From Octopus sinensis (Eukaryota), in NCBI RefSeq assembly GCF_006345805.1, contig NC_043009.1:38130001-38194000 (forward strand): DNA of 64,000 nt. Direction: 5' to 3'. The notes below the pieces were generated by a model that was given only the letters and a program-made list of their open reading frames with translations, was not told the DNA's origin and made no database searches. Positions 12,062 through 25,935 of this stretch are shown here, piece after piece. Within the stretch, counting starts at the first letter, position 1, and each line of letters begins with the position of its first letter. A program made the translations under genes and the position numbers.

Positions 12062-12447
12062 CGAGGTGATACCACCCTCTTTGGGAAGCACCATTCTGGA
12101 CGACTCTGGTTTTTTTTCTAAGGATTATTTATTTGGTAATAGAGTGTAACGAGCAGATGTAGAAATAATGTTTAGCTAAAAGAAAGAATCTATTACTTAC
12201 TTACTTACTTGGAAAAAAATTTCTCTCTGCTGCTGTTAAACGAACTAAAAAGGGGAAAAAAAACCAAAAAAAACACTAATGTATTTCTGTATTTTGAGTC
12301 TACAGGCAAGAAAAATCTTTTAGACAAGCTCACCAAATGAAAAATTGTTATTTACACTCCTTCTGCTGAAGTTTGATCATTCAGCTCTATAGTAAACGCT
12401 CAGCTGTATTTTGCTTAAGGAAATACTACAGTATGACGGCATTGAGA

Positions 12448-12481
<34 letters not shown>

Positions 12482-12973
12482 TAATAATAATAATAATAAT
12501 AATGATGATGATGATGATGATGATGAAGTGAGTAGAGGTTTAAAACATCTTTGTTTGTTTAAGATTAGGTTTTCCTTGGAAGTAGACGTAAAAAAAAAAA
12601 CATAGAAAAAAGGAAAAAAAAAAAGATCGGTTCCACGAACTCTTTTTATGAGTGATTTACCATAAAAATTCTTACCGAACAGTTGAAATTCTTTCTCATT
12701 TTCACACTTGGTTGTTTTGACTCTAAACTCTCTTCTACCAACCAACCAACCAACCAACCAACCTTCTTGTGTTCTTCCATCTTCTTTCAAAAACCGAAAA
12801 CCCTTCTTTCTCTCATTCACCAAACTGTTTGAAATGGATATTATTAGTTGAGCCACCAGCAACAGAACAACGACGTTACATCAACTTATAATGTATATAG
12901 CTAGTGTTATATAGCCAGGCTGAAACAAGTTCACAGCAGACACAAATACATACGTACATACATACATTCATTC

Positions 12974-13009
<36 letters not shown>

Positions 13010-13491
13010 TCGGAAGCCTATTATTCAATGCTTTTTCGTTTTCTCTAAAATTCATGTCGTCAGTCTCTTGCTTAAAATCTTCTGATGTCTATAGCAGTTG
13101 TTAGTTGGCAGCCACAAGAGACTTTAATCCGTGATTAGAATGTCTTTGGCATTTCCTGCGTTGAGAACTAGAGTGAAAATGAATAAAAGAAATTTGAAAA
13201 AAAAAAAAAAAAATGTAAGGAAAAAAAGCAAAACAAAACAAAACAAAACAAATAGTTGACTTTAAATTTGCCGGCAATATTTTTGCAACCATGCCTTATA
13301 ATAATTTAATGTTGCAAATTTAAATCGACTATATTCCTTACAATTAAGGTGTGCATATAGATACGTACATGTATGAGAGCGTATGTGTGTCTGTGAGTGC
13401 GTGTATGTGCGCGTATTCTTTTGTGTGTGAACGTCAGTATGGAAATATACATAAACTTTTATTACCTGCATGCTTATATATATATATATTA

Positions 13492-13534
<43 letters not shown>

Positions 13535-13662
13535 TAATAGAATATATATATATATAATCAAGATTCAGTTGAATTAGGAATTAGGTACTTAAATTGAGAC
13601 ACCAAGCCATTTCGGTATAGTTCGCACACTGTTCATCTAACCATGCGGACTATATATATATT

Positions 13663-13980
13663 CTCTTTTACTCTCTTTCACTTGCTTCGGTCATTTGACT
13701 GCGGCCATGCTAGAGCACCGCCTTTAGTCGAGCAGATCGACCCCAGGACTTATTCTTTGGAAGCCTAATACTTATTCTATCGGCCTCTTTTACCGAGCCG
13801 CTAAGTTACGGGGACGTAAACACACCACCATCGGTTGTCAAGACACACAAACATATGCACACACATATATATACATATATACGACGGACTTCTTTCAGTT
13901 TCCGTCTACCAAATTCACTCACAAGGCTTTGGTCGGCAAGAGGCTATAGTAGAAGACACTTGCCCACGATGCCACGCAGT
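13663..13980 (-). mobile_element. SINE family C, head truncated
   Basis: Same body and 3' block as the other family C copies. Confidence 0.85.
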
Positions 13981-13981
13981 A

Positions 13982-14106
13982 AATAGAGACTCGGACATCG
14001 CTTAGAAAATATTTTTCATTTTTAACCTCGTATATAGTACGCACTAGGGATTTTGACCATTAAATTTTGGGAAAAAAGTGCGGATTATACTCGAGGATTT
14101 ACGGTA
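13982..14106 (+). mobile_element. Tc2/pogo-like DNA transposon right end
   Basis: Ends GTGCGGATTATACTCGAGGATTTACGGTA (reverse complement TACCGTAAATCCTCGAGTATAATCCGCAC, a Tc2/pogo-style TIR with TA), with an imperfect subterminal inverted copy at 14026-14044. Confidence 0.55.
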
Positions 14107-14217
14107 TATATGTGTGTATAACTATATAAATATATATGCTTAATTAAAAGCCAGGATTGTTTCAGCACCTTCAAGTGTGTGTGTATTTACGTGTACATGT
14201 ATGTATTAGTATTTTAT

Positions 14218-14447
14218 GGTGAGGGTTAGTTTGATGCACTCATGATTGCAAAGTTGTTTCGATTCCTAGAGTGGGCGATGCTTTGTATTCTTAAGCAAAA
14301 CACTTCCTATCACGTTGCTCCAGCCGACGCAGTTGGCAAAAATAAGTAACCCTGCGACGAACCGGTGTTCCATCCAGGCGAGGGGTACGTATACCCAACA
14401 GAATCCTGGAACACGGCTTTATGAACGTATGGCTCGGGAAGGATCTT
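14218..14447 (+). mobile_element. SINE family B (tail T2), diverged
   Basis: TTCTTAAGCAAAACACTTCCTATCACGTTGCTCCAG central domain plus the GCGACGAACCGGTGTTCCATCCAG tail. Confidence 0.65.
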
Positions 14448-15006
14448 AAATCCTTATTTTTTTTATATGTGTTTATGAATATAAGTATATATGTATGGTA
14501 TAACTACATAAATATGTATGATTAATTAAATTTACCTGAATTATCAAAATTCATGCTACTGGCCAAATTGAGTTATTTCCCTTTGCTCTCTTATCGTAAT
14601 TATGTAAATTATATTGGCTAAAACACTTTCTTTACTTGTTTAGTAGAATATTTGGTTTGCTAATAAGAGCGAAGCATATCCTTAGTTGTCACCTTTCTTT
14701 GCAAGCAACGTTGAAATCTTTTCCCCTAAGCATGAAAATTCAGTTTTCTGTGACATTGATGCTATTGTCTTCGAATTATCTCCTTTTTCCTTTGAGAGAC
14801 AATGAAAATAAGAAGGAAAATATAAAAGAACCATTTAGAATTTTACCGTATGTCAGTCAATACATGACCATTCTTATACATTTGTGTGTGTGGTTTGTGT
14901 GTGTGTGTGTGTGTGCATAAATATAAAGCATACGTACATACGTGAATACATGCATAAATACATACATACATCGTACATACATACATACATACATACATAC
15001 ATACAT

Positions 15007-15414
15007 ACTCTTTTACGCTTTAACTCTTTTACTTGTTTCAGTAATTTGACTGCAGCCATGCTGGAGCACCGCCTTTAGTCGAACATTCGACCCCAGGACT
15101 TATTCTTTGTAAGCCTAGTACTTATTGTAGCGGCTTCTTTTACCAAACCGCTAAGTTATGAGGACACACCAATATCGGTTGTCAAGCGATGTTGGGGAAT
15201 AAACACACACACACGCACAAATACACACACACACACACACACGCACACACACACAAACACACACATATATATATACTACGGGCTTCTTTAAGTTTCCGTC
15301 TACCAAATCCACTCACAAGGCTGTGGTCGGCCCGAGGCTATAGTAGAATACACTGGCCCAAGGTGCCACGTAGTTGGGAAGCAAGCTTCTAACCACACAG
15401 CAACGCTAGGCCTA
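15007..15414 (-). mobile_element. SINE family C
   Basis: 3' block at 15035-15073, body, and an internally deleted head. Confidence 0.85.
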
Positions 15415-15434
15415 CACACACACACACACACATA

Positions 15435-15466
<32 letters not shown>

Positions 15467-15844
15467 GTATGTATGTATGTATGTATGTATGTTTGTATGT
15501 ATGCACGTAGTGTTTTTATATATTTCTATATACATATATTTGTCCGAAATCACACAGTACGTGTGAAGGGAGAGGAGAGACAATAGTAATTCAGTGAAGG
15601 AGATGTAGTGAGAGTAATAGTCATGACTGAGAGTGAGTGAAAGAAAGTAATAGTAATGAGAAAGATGAAGTAGCAAAGAGAGCTTCGTGTATCTTCTACT
15701 ATAATAATCTACTATGATAATACTCTTGTGTATTTCTCCGTCACTACATATGAATGAGAAAGGAAGGGGTGATCCACCGATGGAAGTGGGATGGTGAAAA
15801 GTCAGCGGTGAAACAAAAGTCAAACAGCGCTTCAACTCTGTGTG

Positions 15845-16190
15845 AGTATATGGCAGAAACGGTTGTAGCCAGGCAAAAGGATTTGCGGCATTTCATCTGT
15901 ATTTACGTTCTAAGTCCAAATTCCGCCGAAGTCGATATTACCTTTCATCCTTTCGGGGTCCATAAAGTAAGTAACCAGTTGTGCACCGGGGTCGATGTGA
16001 TCGACTTATCCCCTCCCCCGAACTTGCTGTCCTTGTGCCAAAATTTGAAACCATTATTATTATAATTATCAAGGCGGCGAACTACCGAAATTGTTAGCGC
16101 GTCGGACAAAATGCTTAACAGCATTTCTTCTGGCTCCTTACGTTCTGAGTTCAAATAACTCCGATATGGTCGTTGCGTTTCCTCGTTTCG
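15845..16190 (+). mobile_element. Two older SINE family A copies (A2 tail, then a head fragment)
   Basis: TTACGTTCT(A/G)AGT(C/T)CAAAT B-box region, CCTTTCATCCTTTCGGGGTC core and CCCCTCCCCC..CCTTGTGCCAAAATTTGAAAC(ATT)n tail. Confidence 0.75.
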
Positions 16191-16194
16191 AAGT

Positions 16195-17050
16195 TGAGAT
16201 GTCGGTCATTGACATATGCTTACGTTCCAGGGTTCTTAAAATCACGACAAAATTACCTCTGATTTATCGTGCAAAAGCAAAAAAAGAAAAAAATGAATGA
16301 CACCTCACTTTACATTGCAATGATTTGAAAATCATTTTGTTCCCCAACTAAGTGCTCACTGTGACCCTGTTGACTTAATTCACAACTGTAAGCTAATATT
16401 TGTTTTAAACAACTATTCCACTTATCATAAACTTGGCTTAGAAACAACTTCCATTTTTGCATTTGCCTCACCATTAATCCGACTCTAGAACAATTTCATA
16501 CCATGTTCCTTTAAGTCTAAATATGCACCGTTTCATGAAGTTTCTACTGAGTTCGGTTAAGTCTGGCAGACCAGTACGTAAGTCCCTTAAAGATTTTAAT
16601 GTAAAAGATACGGTTTATAGAGTTGTTTATACTTAGAAGTCTGTAAAAGCATCTAGACTGAAAAGTGAATGGCATAAATTGAGGCTAGGATTGATGTTTG
16701 AGTCTGTATGTGATGAATACCTTACGACTTTACAGTATTTAGAGTTTGAAGAAAAAAGAAAAAGGAAAACGACAAAGAACAAGTAAAATTAATTGATCTG
16801 AATTCTTATGCTCGGTTTTTATCTAATCCTACAGCAAAGGATCTTGCATCGAGATGGATGAAAATAATGTTGAATAATGTAAATGAAGATGAAGATGCAA
16901 TCGCAGTTCCTCATTATACTGACTCAGAAGCTGTGCAGATGGTTTTAAAGTCTGCAGCGAATAACTAATGTATCATAGACTAATGTATCATAGATGAGAG
17001 CAGTGATGACGATGAAGAAGACTTTGCAGATAGTTTCTATCAATAGATTA
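16195..17050 (+). mobile_element. pogo/Tigger (DDE_1, Jerky-like) transposase fossil
   Basis: Decayed frames give SVIDICLRSRVLKITTKLPLIYRAK, *MT..*FENHFVPQLSAHC, KLIFVLNNYSTYH, SPLIRL*NNFIPCSFKSKY, LKDFNVKDTVY..LKSEWHKL and DEDAIAVPHYTDSEAVQMVL, in the order expected for Tigger motifs (WMT..WF..HFVP, LLLDN..AH, QPLDQGII..FK..Y, AWHKL). Confidence 0.7.
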
Positions 17051-17202
17051 ATTCAGTTAACAGGTGATCTGCTAAACGATTTAGAGTAACGCAGTTTTAT
17101 AAACGAATAAGAAATAACGAAAAGTGTACATGTTGCAGGATAAACTAATCAACGAAAGACCAAAATATATGACACAAGCTAAGCTTGGATGATACGTTCA
17201 AT

Positions 17203-17436
17203 AAGGCGGCGAACTGGCAGAAACGTTAGCACGACGGGCGAAATGCTTAGCAGTATTTCGTCTGCCGTTACGTTCTGAGTTCAAATTCCGCCGAGGTCGA
17301 CTTTGCCTTTCATCCTTTCGGGGTCGATAAATTAAGTACCAGTTACGCACTGGGGTCGATGTAATCGACTTAATCCGTTTGTCTGTCCTTGTTTGTCCCC
17401 TCTGTGTGTAGCCCCTTGTGGGTAATAAAGAAATAG
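17203..17436 (+). mobile_element. tRNA-derived SINE family A (A1 tail), full length with TSD
   Basis: Head AAGGCGGCGAACTGGCAGAAACGTTAGC..GAGTTCAAATTCCGCC; tail TAGCCCCTTGTGGGTAATAAAGAAATAG; 13-bp TSD ATGATACGTTCAA (17189-17201 / 17438-17450). Confidence 0.92.
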
Positions 17437-17862
17437 AATGATACGTTCAAACAAATAAATGAAAAATGTGAAACGCATCGCATGGAAATCCACTGGTTTC
17501 AACATTTGCTCCTCTAAATGCACCAACGCCATCATCATCAGTTCCTCTAAAACAGGGAGTGTAAGAATCCCTTCACCCCAAGAAGTCGCCAGTCATTGAC
17601 AGTCCTTCGCCTCAAGACATGTAGATAGGTTTAGTTGTAAATGCGACATTTTCGGATGTGTCATTCAAATTAAATTTAATTTTCATTAACTGCTTCTTTT
17701 TTTCCCTTTTTATTAGTCGACTCACATTTATTTACGGAGAATAATGTAATGGTAACATGAGGTGGTTACCTGTTGAGTTATGTACATTCGACCTCAACCA
17801 CTCTGTAATTCAGCAAAATCGCTAGTTTGGTACATCTAGGTTCTAATGATGCCGAATTAGTG

Positions 17863-18159
17863 TGGAGGGACATGGCCTAGTGGTTAGAGCAGCGGACTCG
17901 CGGTCGAGGGGTCACGGGTTCGAATCTCAGATGTGTGTGTTTATGAGCGAAACACATAAGCTTCACGCGGCTCCGACCGAAGGTTATGGCGAACTTCTGC
18001 TGACTGTTTCGCCACAACTTTCTCTCACTCTTTCCTCTTGCATCTTGCAGCTCACCTGCGACAGACCGGCGTCTCGTCCAGGTGGGGAACCTATACGCTA
18101 AGGAGACCGGGAAACCGGCCCTTAAGAGCCCGGCATGGCTCGAGAAGGAACACACAAAC
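17863..18159 (+). mobile_element. tRNA-derived SINE family D (body Y, tail T2) with TSD
   Basis: Head TGGAGGGACATGGCCTAGTGGTTAGAGCAGCGGACTCGCGGTC..GGTTCGAATC; 14-bp TSD ATGCCGAATTAGTG (17849-17862 / 18160-18173). Confidence 0.9.
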
Positions 18160-18943
18160 ATGCCGAATTAGTGACGGTCAAGCAAACACACACACACAGA
18201 TACACACACACACACACACAGCACGCTAAAAGAAACCTCCTACGACCTTAACCAATGCAGAAAGAAAACAAACTAACGAACATAATTATTTATACCTACA
18301 CCCCTGGAAAAATGCTAAACATATGACACCATTACACATATCGCATACCTCATTCTCACAGGAGCAGCACACAATAGTGTACACTTTTCCCACAAATACT
18401 TCAAGATAACTCTTACCGACTTTGCAGCAAATTCAACCAAAGGACATAACTCTTAACCTAATCCCCTACACTTTTTCGTTTCACCATCTTTTTCACAGCA
18501 GCTACAAACCGGATGTGTCAATTCACCTCCGACAATAGAGAGCTGTCGACATATTCCCTTCCATACTGGCTAGCTATGATGAGCGTTAGGTTATATAACC
18601 GGATTGTGACCTATCACTCCATTGAATTCCTAGCGCGAAACCGACTGGTAAGATAATCCGTGATGGATATACAATACTGTATATTTCGGGTAATATATCC
18701 ATTCTGTTGACAGATATACGAGTGCATCTTTTCCCTGACTCTTAGACGACTCACGCATGCGCGCACACGCTGCCACGAAACGTAGAGTATATTGCAATAG
18801 GTCGTCCGCATCTTGTGCCATATAGCTGCGATCACCAACGGCGCGCTCTACATCAAAAAATAGTCATCATACTCACCAGCGCATGTATGTATGTATGTAT
18901 GTATGTATGTATGTATGTATGTATGTATGTATGTATGTATGCA

Positions 18944-18981
<38 letters not shown>

Positions 18982-19019
18982 GAACATTAATACTCATGTT
19001 AGTGGCTGGATGCTAAAAC

Positions 19020-19048
19020 CGTATAGGCAAAATTAATATATATATATG

Positions 19049-19143
<95 letters not shown>

Positions 19144-19470
19144 ATCTTTACCCTTTGAACGGCAGGTCGAGAAATTAATTTTTTGTAACTAAACACTTTC
19201 AAACATCGGGCACTGTTATAAAATATCTTTTACTCATAGTGTTGTTGAGAAAAGTTTATATGTTCAAAGTTATTTCGTGTTAAAGTTGTCGTATTTCGGT
19301 AATTTCGACCAATCAATGACGTGTATTCAGCTGAATAAAACTACTGCTGTTGTTTGTCAACAACAACTATCGATGGTGTATATTTGGTCTGTCACTGTTA
19401 TTTATGATATCGTTTGTGCGTTTGTACTGCTTTTAGCTTTAAGGTTTTACGGTTAGGGTTTTAGGGTTTT
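19020..19470 (+). repeat. Probable Helitron/Helentron-like non-autonomous repeat with internal (TG)n
   Basis: Microsatellite followed by TATCTTTACCCTTTGAACGGC..AAACACTTTCAAAC, resembling DINE/HINE-type organisation. Recognised from memory only. Confidence 0.3.
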
Positions 19471-19739
19471 ATGGAGATAGATAGATATGCAGTAGTTCAT
19501 GCCGTCGATTGTTAAAAGATGAAGCAGAAACAAGGGAAGCAATGTGACAATATATAAGCAAACATAATTACGGACGTACTGGTATGTAGTCAAAAGTTCA
19601 TCGAGTTATACCATAGATTTGTTGCTGAAAAACCCATTAGAATTCGCATTACATATTCATCTATTTCATCAGAATATGCAGAGAGGTGTTTCTGTTACAT
19701 GAAGGTGGTATATGCGTTTAGATACGTCTGTTGGTGTGA

Positions 19740-19742
19740 ACA

Positions 19743-19790
<48 letters not shown>

Positions 19791-19809
19791 ATATTACATA
19801 CACACAAAC

Positions 19810-19879
<70 letters not shown>

Positions 19880-20658
19880 ATATATTATATTATATATATA
19901 TACATAATATATATATATATATACTATATATATTATATATACATATATCTATACATACACACATATATATATATAATATATATATATAATATTATTATAT
20001 TATATATATACATTATATATCATATACTAACATATATATATATAATATATATATATAGATATATATATATATACATATGTTGTGTGTGGAAGCGTATATG
20101 GGTGTATATATGTGTATATGTGTGAGTGTATATGTGTGTCTGTTTCTGCTTGTGACTACATGTATGCACAGAAACCAGTAGCAAAAGTATGCTAAAGCTG
20201 ACACCAAGTCATTGACGATTTCGAATGGCGTCCGCATCACAATTATTAAGCGTATACGATATATCTTTATATTTTAAGTAATATGTATTTCGTACAATTA
20301 ATCTAAACTTGTACATGAATGAATTGCATGTTGGGCCCTGTGTCTCTTATAATCGAATAATGTTAGAATTTCTAATCATTCTTTTGTCAATGAATGATTA
20401 GAAATGTTAGCAAGTAAAAATCCATTGGGAAATGGAAGAACTTATCAGTTTCAATGTTGAGTCATGGATTCCATAACCATGCTTTGCAATATTTTTGCAT
20501 AATGTTAGTTATACAAATCTAGTGACAACCGAAGCTATATAACAACGAGATAATTGAAGAAAGAAAAAAAAAAGGACTAAGACTCCAATGAAATTATTGA
20601 AAATGAACGAAGTGCACAGTAATGCGTGCGCGCGCACACACATTATATATAATATATA

Positions 20659-20691
<33 letters not shown>

Positions 20692-20816
20692 CATATATAT
20701 ACTACATATACATTTACAATAATATATATATATATATATATATAATAAGTATATATATATAATATATATACCATATACACATACATATATATATATTGTA
20801 TATATATATGTATATA

Positions 20817-20869
<53 letters not shown>

Positions 20870-20900
20870 GTATACCATAAGATATTATACATATATATAT

Positions 20901-20937
<37 letters not shown>

Positions 20938-21388
20938 ATATTACATACCACACACACACACCACACATATATATATACATATGTATATATATATACATAT
21001 ATAAACATACATCTATATTATATTATATATAATATTATATATATATATTAATCACAACCCAACTTTCTTATCTATATATATATATATATAATATATATAT
21101 ATTATATATATATATATATATATGTATAATATATGTGTGTGTGAGTGTGTGTGTGTGGTGTGTGTGTGTGTATTGTGTATGTGTGTAGATTTATTCTCTT
21201 ATAATATATTCATACGTGAAAAGATATTTGTTATTGAACTCACAGTAATATTTCGAGAACTGGCATTTTAATACTTTGGTTGTTACGAAATGTTATGAGT
21301 TCCATAATTTCTTTACGTGAAGAAATTACTTCATACATAATTGGCAGTGAAAATAGCATATATTATATATAAGATATATATATATAAT

Positions 21389-21458
<70 letters not shown>

Positions 21459-21472
21459 TTTAAATCTATATA

Positions 21473-21534
<62 letters not shown>

Positions 21535-21593
21535 GTAATTATATATATATATATATATTGTATATATATTATTATATATATATATATAATATG

Positions 21594-21633
<40 letters not shown>

Positions 21634-21650
21634 TATATAGATATATATGT
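19740..21650. repeat. Very long degenerate (TA)n-dominated tracts (also 25717-25935, 31395-31865, 62990-63260)
   Basis: Seen directly. These tracts produce the YIYI/MYVC pseudo-ORFs in the track. Confidence 0.95.
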
Positions 21651-22040
21651 ATGTGTGTGTGTGGTGTGTTTGGTATTCTTCTGGTTTGTTTTTAAAGATA
21701 TATCACCAGTGGTGAAAAAGCAGGTTCTATCCTAGAAGCAATGCATTTTGATTAGAACGCAACGTCAGCTGTGTATGTATGTATGTATGTATGTATGTAT
21801 GTATGTATGTATGTATGTATCTATGTATGTATCTATGTATGTATTATGTATGTATGCACACACATGCATCCATACACTCACACACCAAACCCATATGCAT
21901 GCATATATACATACAATACATTAGATACATAATACGGAAATACGCATACACTCACTTGTGCGCACGTGCATACACACATGCATACTACGCACACGCACAC
22001 GCGCGCACCCACACACATACACACACACCACACACTCGCA

Positions 22041-22206
22041 TATAGAATGGGTTTCATTCAGTTCCCGTCTACCAAACCCTCTCACAAGGCTTTGATCTGC
22101 CTAAGGCTATAGAAGAAGACACTCGACCAAGGTGCCACGGAGTAGGACTGAACCTGTACTACGTGACCAAAAAGCAAGCTCCTTACCACACAGCTACGCC
22201 TCCGTA
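22041..22206 (-). mobile_element. SINE family C, 5' half
   Basis: Head and core only. Confidence 0.75.
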
Positions 22207-22213
22207 TATATAA

Positions 22214-22244
<31 letters not shown>

Positions 22245-22814
22245 CATATTATATATGTATAGATATATATATATATATATATATGGGGTCGCTTGGAATG
22301 TCACTGGTATCATATAATCCAGCACAGTGTCTCACGGTTAGTCGTTGTTTTCGATGAAAAACCACAAATATAAGACCAGTCAAAAAGTGAGATGAACCCT
22401 GCATAGTTTCAATGTCCCTAGCAACAGAGCACAGGCACATAGAAATTCTAAAGCTGGGGAATTAGTGCACTGTAAATCTTATTAGGAATGATGTGACGTT
22501 AGTTCTTGTCAGAATATTTGTAATTTGTCTCAAAGAAGGTTAGACAGCGCTCTTCTGTTGTAGTGCGTCTGACCCTTCTGCACAGCTTTGCTGTTTTGAG
22601 GTTAGATCCAGGAAGATAAGGGCGACTAAGATTTACGAGTGCCATGGGCCAAAGGACTCATAATGTTGGAGCTGAACCTGGTTTCTATGGCGTATAGGTA
22701 ACCGAGATTTTAACATTCCCCACACTTCAGAACGGGTCGCCTTTCTGGTCTGTCGCTGCGTTAACGTCCCAGCCATTACTCATTTACATTTGTGCGAATT
22801 GGACTAACTTATTA

Positions 22815-23027
22815 TATTTATGCACCCTTTTAAAGCCTAGCCAGGTGCATGGGCCTGGTTTCCCGGTTTCTATGGCGTATGTGTTCCGCAGCTGGACGGG
22901 ACGCCAGTCCATCGCAGCGTTACTCATTTTTGCCAGCTGAGTGGACTGGAGTAACGTGAAATGAAGTGTTTTGCTCAAGAACACAACGCATCACCCGGTC
23001 CAGGAATCGAAATCACAATCTTACGAT
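22815..23027 (-). mobile_element. SINE family B (tail T2), head truncated
   Basis: Close match to 36106-36370. A further diverged fragment lies at ~22640-22785. Confidence 0.85.
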
Positions 23028-23864
23028 TTTTGGTCATTACAGTGGATTGGATCATCGTCATCGCAACCAAATGAAAATACGCCAGTGTCATTAAAATAGG
23101 AAGATGTTGTTAGTTCTAATGAGTTGAAACAATGGTGTGGCTAATAAGGGAGCAAGGAGAGCGCGTGCTCCCGAACACAATTTTCAAAATTAGCGCCTTA
23201 TTCAACAATTTTTAAAAAAACTCTTTAATTCACTTGTGCGATAAAAGTCGAGTCTCTTTTGTTTTGTTAATCGCATTGTCTTGGAAGAACTTTCTGGAGT
23301 TATTGCTTTATTTGACCAACCTCCTGTGCTTTTGAACTGTCTGTTCAATCTCCTATGATGTGTTGGTAGCCGCTGACATCTAAAGAACCAAAACAAACAC
23401 TGACGTCATAACCTCTCGACACTGGAAGATCTCGTGGAGTTTCATCTTTTTTTACGTTACACCTTTATCAGTAGTTGAAAATTTCATATATAATGACATT
23501 GTTATTGAAACATGAAATTAATGAATGTAGAATACGATTACATATATTATAACTAATGAAATATTTCTCTTAATGTAAGAGAAATGAGTTAAAAACTGTT
23601 CTTGGTATGTGTCATGGCGCCTTTTTCTTTATGTGCTCGCTCGCCCTCAATTCAAAACCTGGCTAAGCAGATCTCGGTGGTTGTAGCAAATATTCGGGTT
23701 TATCGTAAGTGCTCAAACCACTAATAAACAATGAAGCGTTTAAAAGATGTAAAGCGAATGAAGAGGGCCTAAAGTGTATATGGAGAAACAGAATCCGTAT
23801 GTTGCATCTCGGGAAGAAACTGTTTGAGTGTCATTCATTTTTCGTTACTTTTCTTGAAAAAGCA

Positions 23865-24088
23865 CAAGACAACTTTCCAAACTTGAAATCCATCCTGAAA
23901 GATCGTAGATATCAGACGATAAAAGAGATAATAAAAATTTCGCCATGCGAAAATTTCGCTAACCCCGAAAACGTGTTTCAAGATGTGTTTCTAAACGAAA
24001 AAAAGTTAGCTAAAAACGTTGAAGCGAAGTATCAAAAGAGGAATAGAATATTTTGAAGGGGTCCAGTTCTTTTTGGACAGACCTGGTA
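23865..24088 (+). mobile_element. mariner transposase C-terminus and right TIR
   Basis: FPNLKSILKDRRYQTIKEI..NVFQDVF..KRSIKRGIEYFEG. Terminus TTTTTGGACAGACCTGGTA (reverse complement TACCAGGTCTGTCCAAAAA, a mariner-type TIR). Confidence 0.75.
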
Positions 24089-25382
24089 TACATAGGAAAG
24101 GAATCTACGTGCCAGAGATCTGTTCGAACAAAGTCGACTGCAACAAAAACAACAGCATAAGCAACAACATAAACAATAGCAACATCAAAAAGAAACACGA
24201 TCATATTCCTACTTGTAAAAAGAAAAAAAAGAGAGCTTTCTAACGAAAATTGTTTCCTCAGATTCTAAAATTTACATCTACCAAATTAAAGCGGTTTGTT
24301 TTCTAAGACTTCATTTTATTTAATAATACGAAATATTTGACAAAAATTATCTGAAGTTATGCAATAAGTTGCATTAACATCTTATAAATAGGATTATTCC
24401 TGCTGCATTGCTGTTGTAGTTTCGTTGCTGATTTTGAAATTGAGATTTTTATAAATAAAAATATAAAACAAACATTTCTAAATTTAAATATTTTAAAAAT
24501 ATCATTAAATGTTTTTTGTTGACCTTGGGTATAAAGATTGTCCAACGAATCCCACATAATCACTCTTATATACACATACAAATGCACAGAGGTGCATGTA
24601 AATGAAATCATACAAGCTTTTAGCAATGCTTACTCTATATCAACACACAGAATGGGTAAGATTGGAATCTAAATTAAATTGAAAAATGCTTGTAATTTGT
24701 CAGCATCATTCGGAAGCGGTTAGATTCTGCAATCTATTTCTTCGAGAACGAAAGTGCTGTAATTTGAAAATGAAACTTCAAATCATATATTTTCTAAAAT
24801 TAAAAAAAAAAAAGGTTTAAAATAAATATTTGAGAAAACAAATTAAACAAGAGCATTCGGAGAGTGCAAACCTCCGTCAACGCAACATCATCGTCCTCTC
24901 AACGATTAACCGGAGATGATTTTTAAAATGAGAATATCTGAAATAAAATCGACTGTTCTCACAAACGAGAATACTAAAAATGAACCCGATCGCTCTCACA
25001 CGCAAAAATAATCTATATACCTTGTCCAGTACCTGATCGATCCCAATGGAAGTCATGGAATGTGCAAGTGGGTGTGCAGGTCGTGTTTGTAATGCTGTGT
25101 GTGTATGACGTCTGGGTAATAAAAATATTTGTATGACTTGAGAGGACATATGTCGATAAGTCTTTAGGGGTCACTACGTAAACGTTTTGGAAACACTGGT
25201 TGAAATGCAACAGGAACTTTGGTAGAGAAAGGTAGGTGAACATAAAAATGATGATTGCAATGAAAAGCTTACTGTATCGTGGTCTTAATTTCCGGTCTTC
25301 TTTTAGTAATCCTGGTGTTTTAGATGGATGTATAATCCCCTAATATAATAATGAGCGCTGTCTTGATATATATATATAAAGA

Positions 25383-25716
25383 GGTAAAGACCCCCTTCGG
25401 TCATGAATGACCATGGATTACCTAGAAAGTTCCCTCCTAGACACAGTCCGGGCAAGTTGTTTATGGAAGGCTAGCAGTCGCCCATGGCATACCAGCCTCC
25501 CCTCTCCACGCCACCAGTGTTATCCAAGGGAAAACAAAGGTCGATACAGCTTGGCACCTGTGACGTCGCAACTCATTTCTACAGCTGAGTGAACTGGAGC
25601 AACGTGAAATAAGTGTCTTGCTCAAGAACACCACGACACGCAGCCCGGTCCGGGATTCGAGCTCACAACCTCACGATCGTAAGCTCGATGCTCTACCACT
25701 GAGCCACGCGCCTTCA
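25383..25716 (-). mobile_element. SINE family B (tail T1)
   Basis: tRNA-like head GAAGGCGCGTGGCTCAGTGG..CTCGAATCCCGG and central GTGTTCTTGAGCAAGACACTT..CACTCAGCTGTAGAAATGAGT. Confidence 0.9.
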
Positions 25717-25733
25717 CTATATATATATAATAT

Positions 25734-25860
<127 letters not shown>

Positions 25861-25935
25861 ATATTATATATATAATTTATATATTATATAGATATATATA
25901 TATATAATATATTAATATATATAGATATATATATA

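Noticed and set aside
17203-17290. tRNA genes at SINE heads (also 17863, 25936, 36106)
   Set aside because: A/B boxes are present but the cloverleaf is incomplete, each continues into a SINE body and tail, and most have TSDs.
19451-19470. Interstitial telomere (TTAGGG)
   Set aside because: Only two non-adjacent units inside a probable repeat.
23401-23408. Perfect CRE site TGACGTCA
   Set aside because: A single 8-mer is expected about once by chance in 64 kb and has no supporting context.
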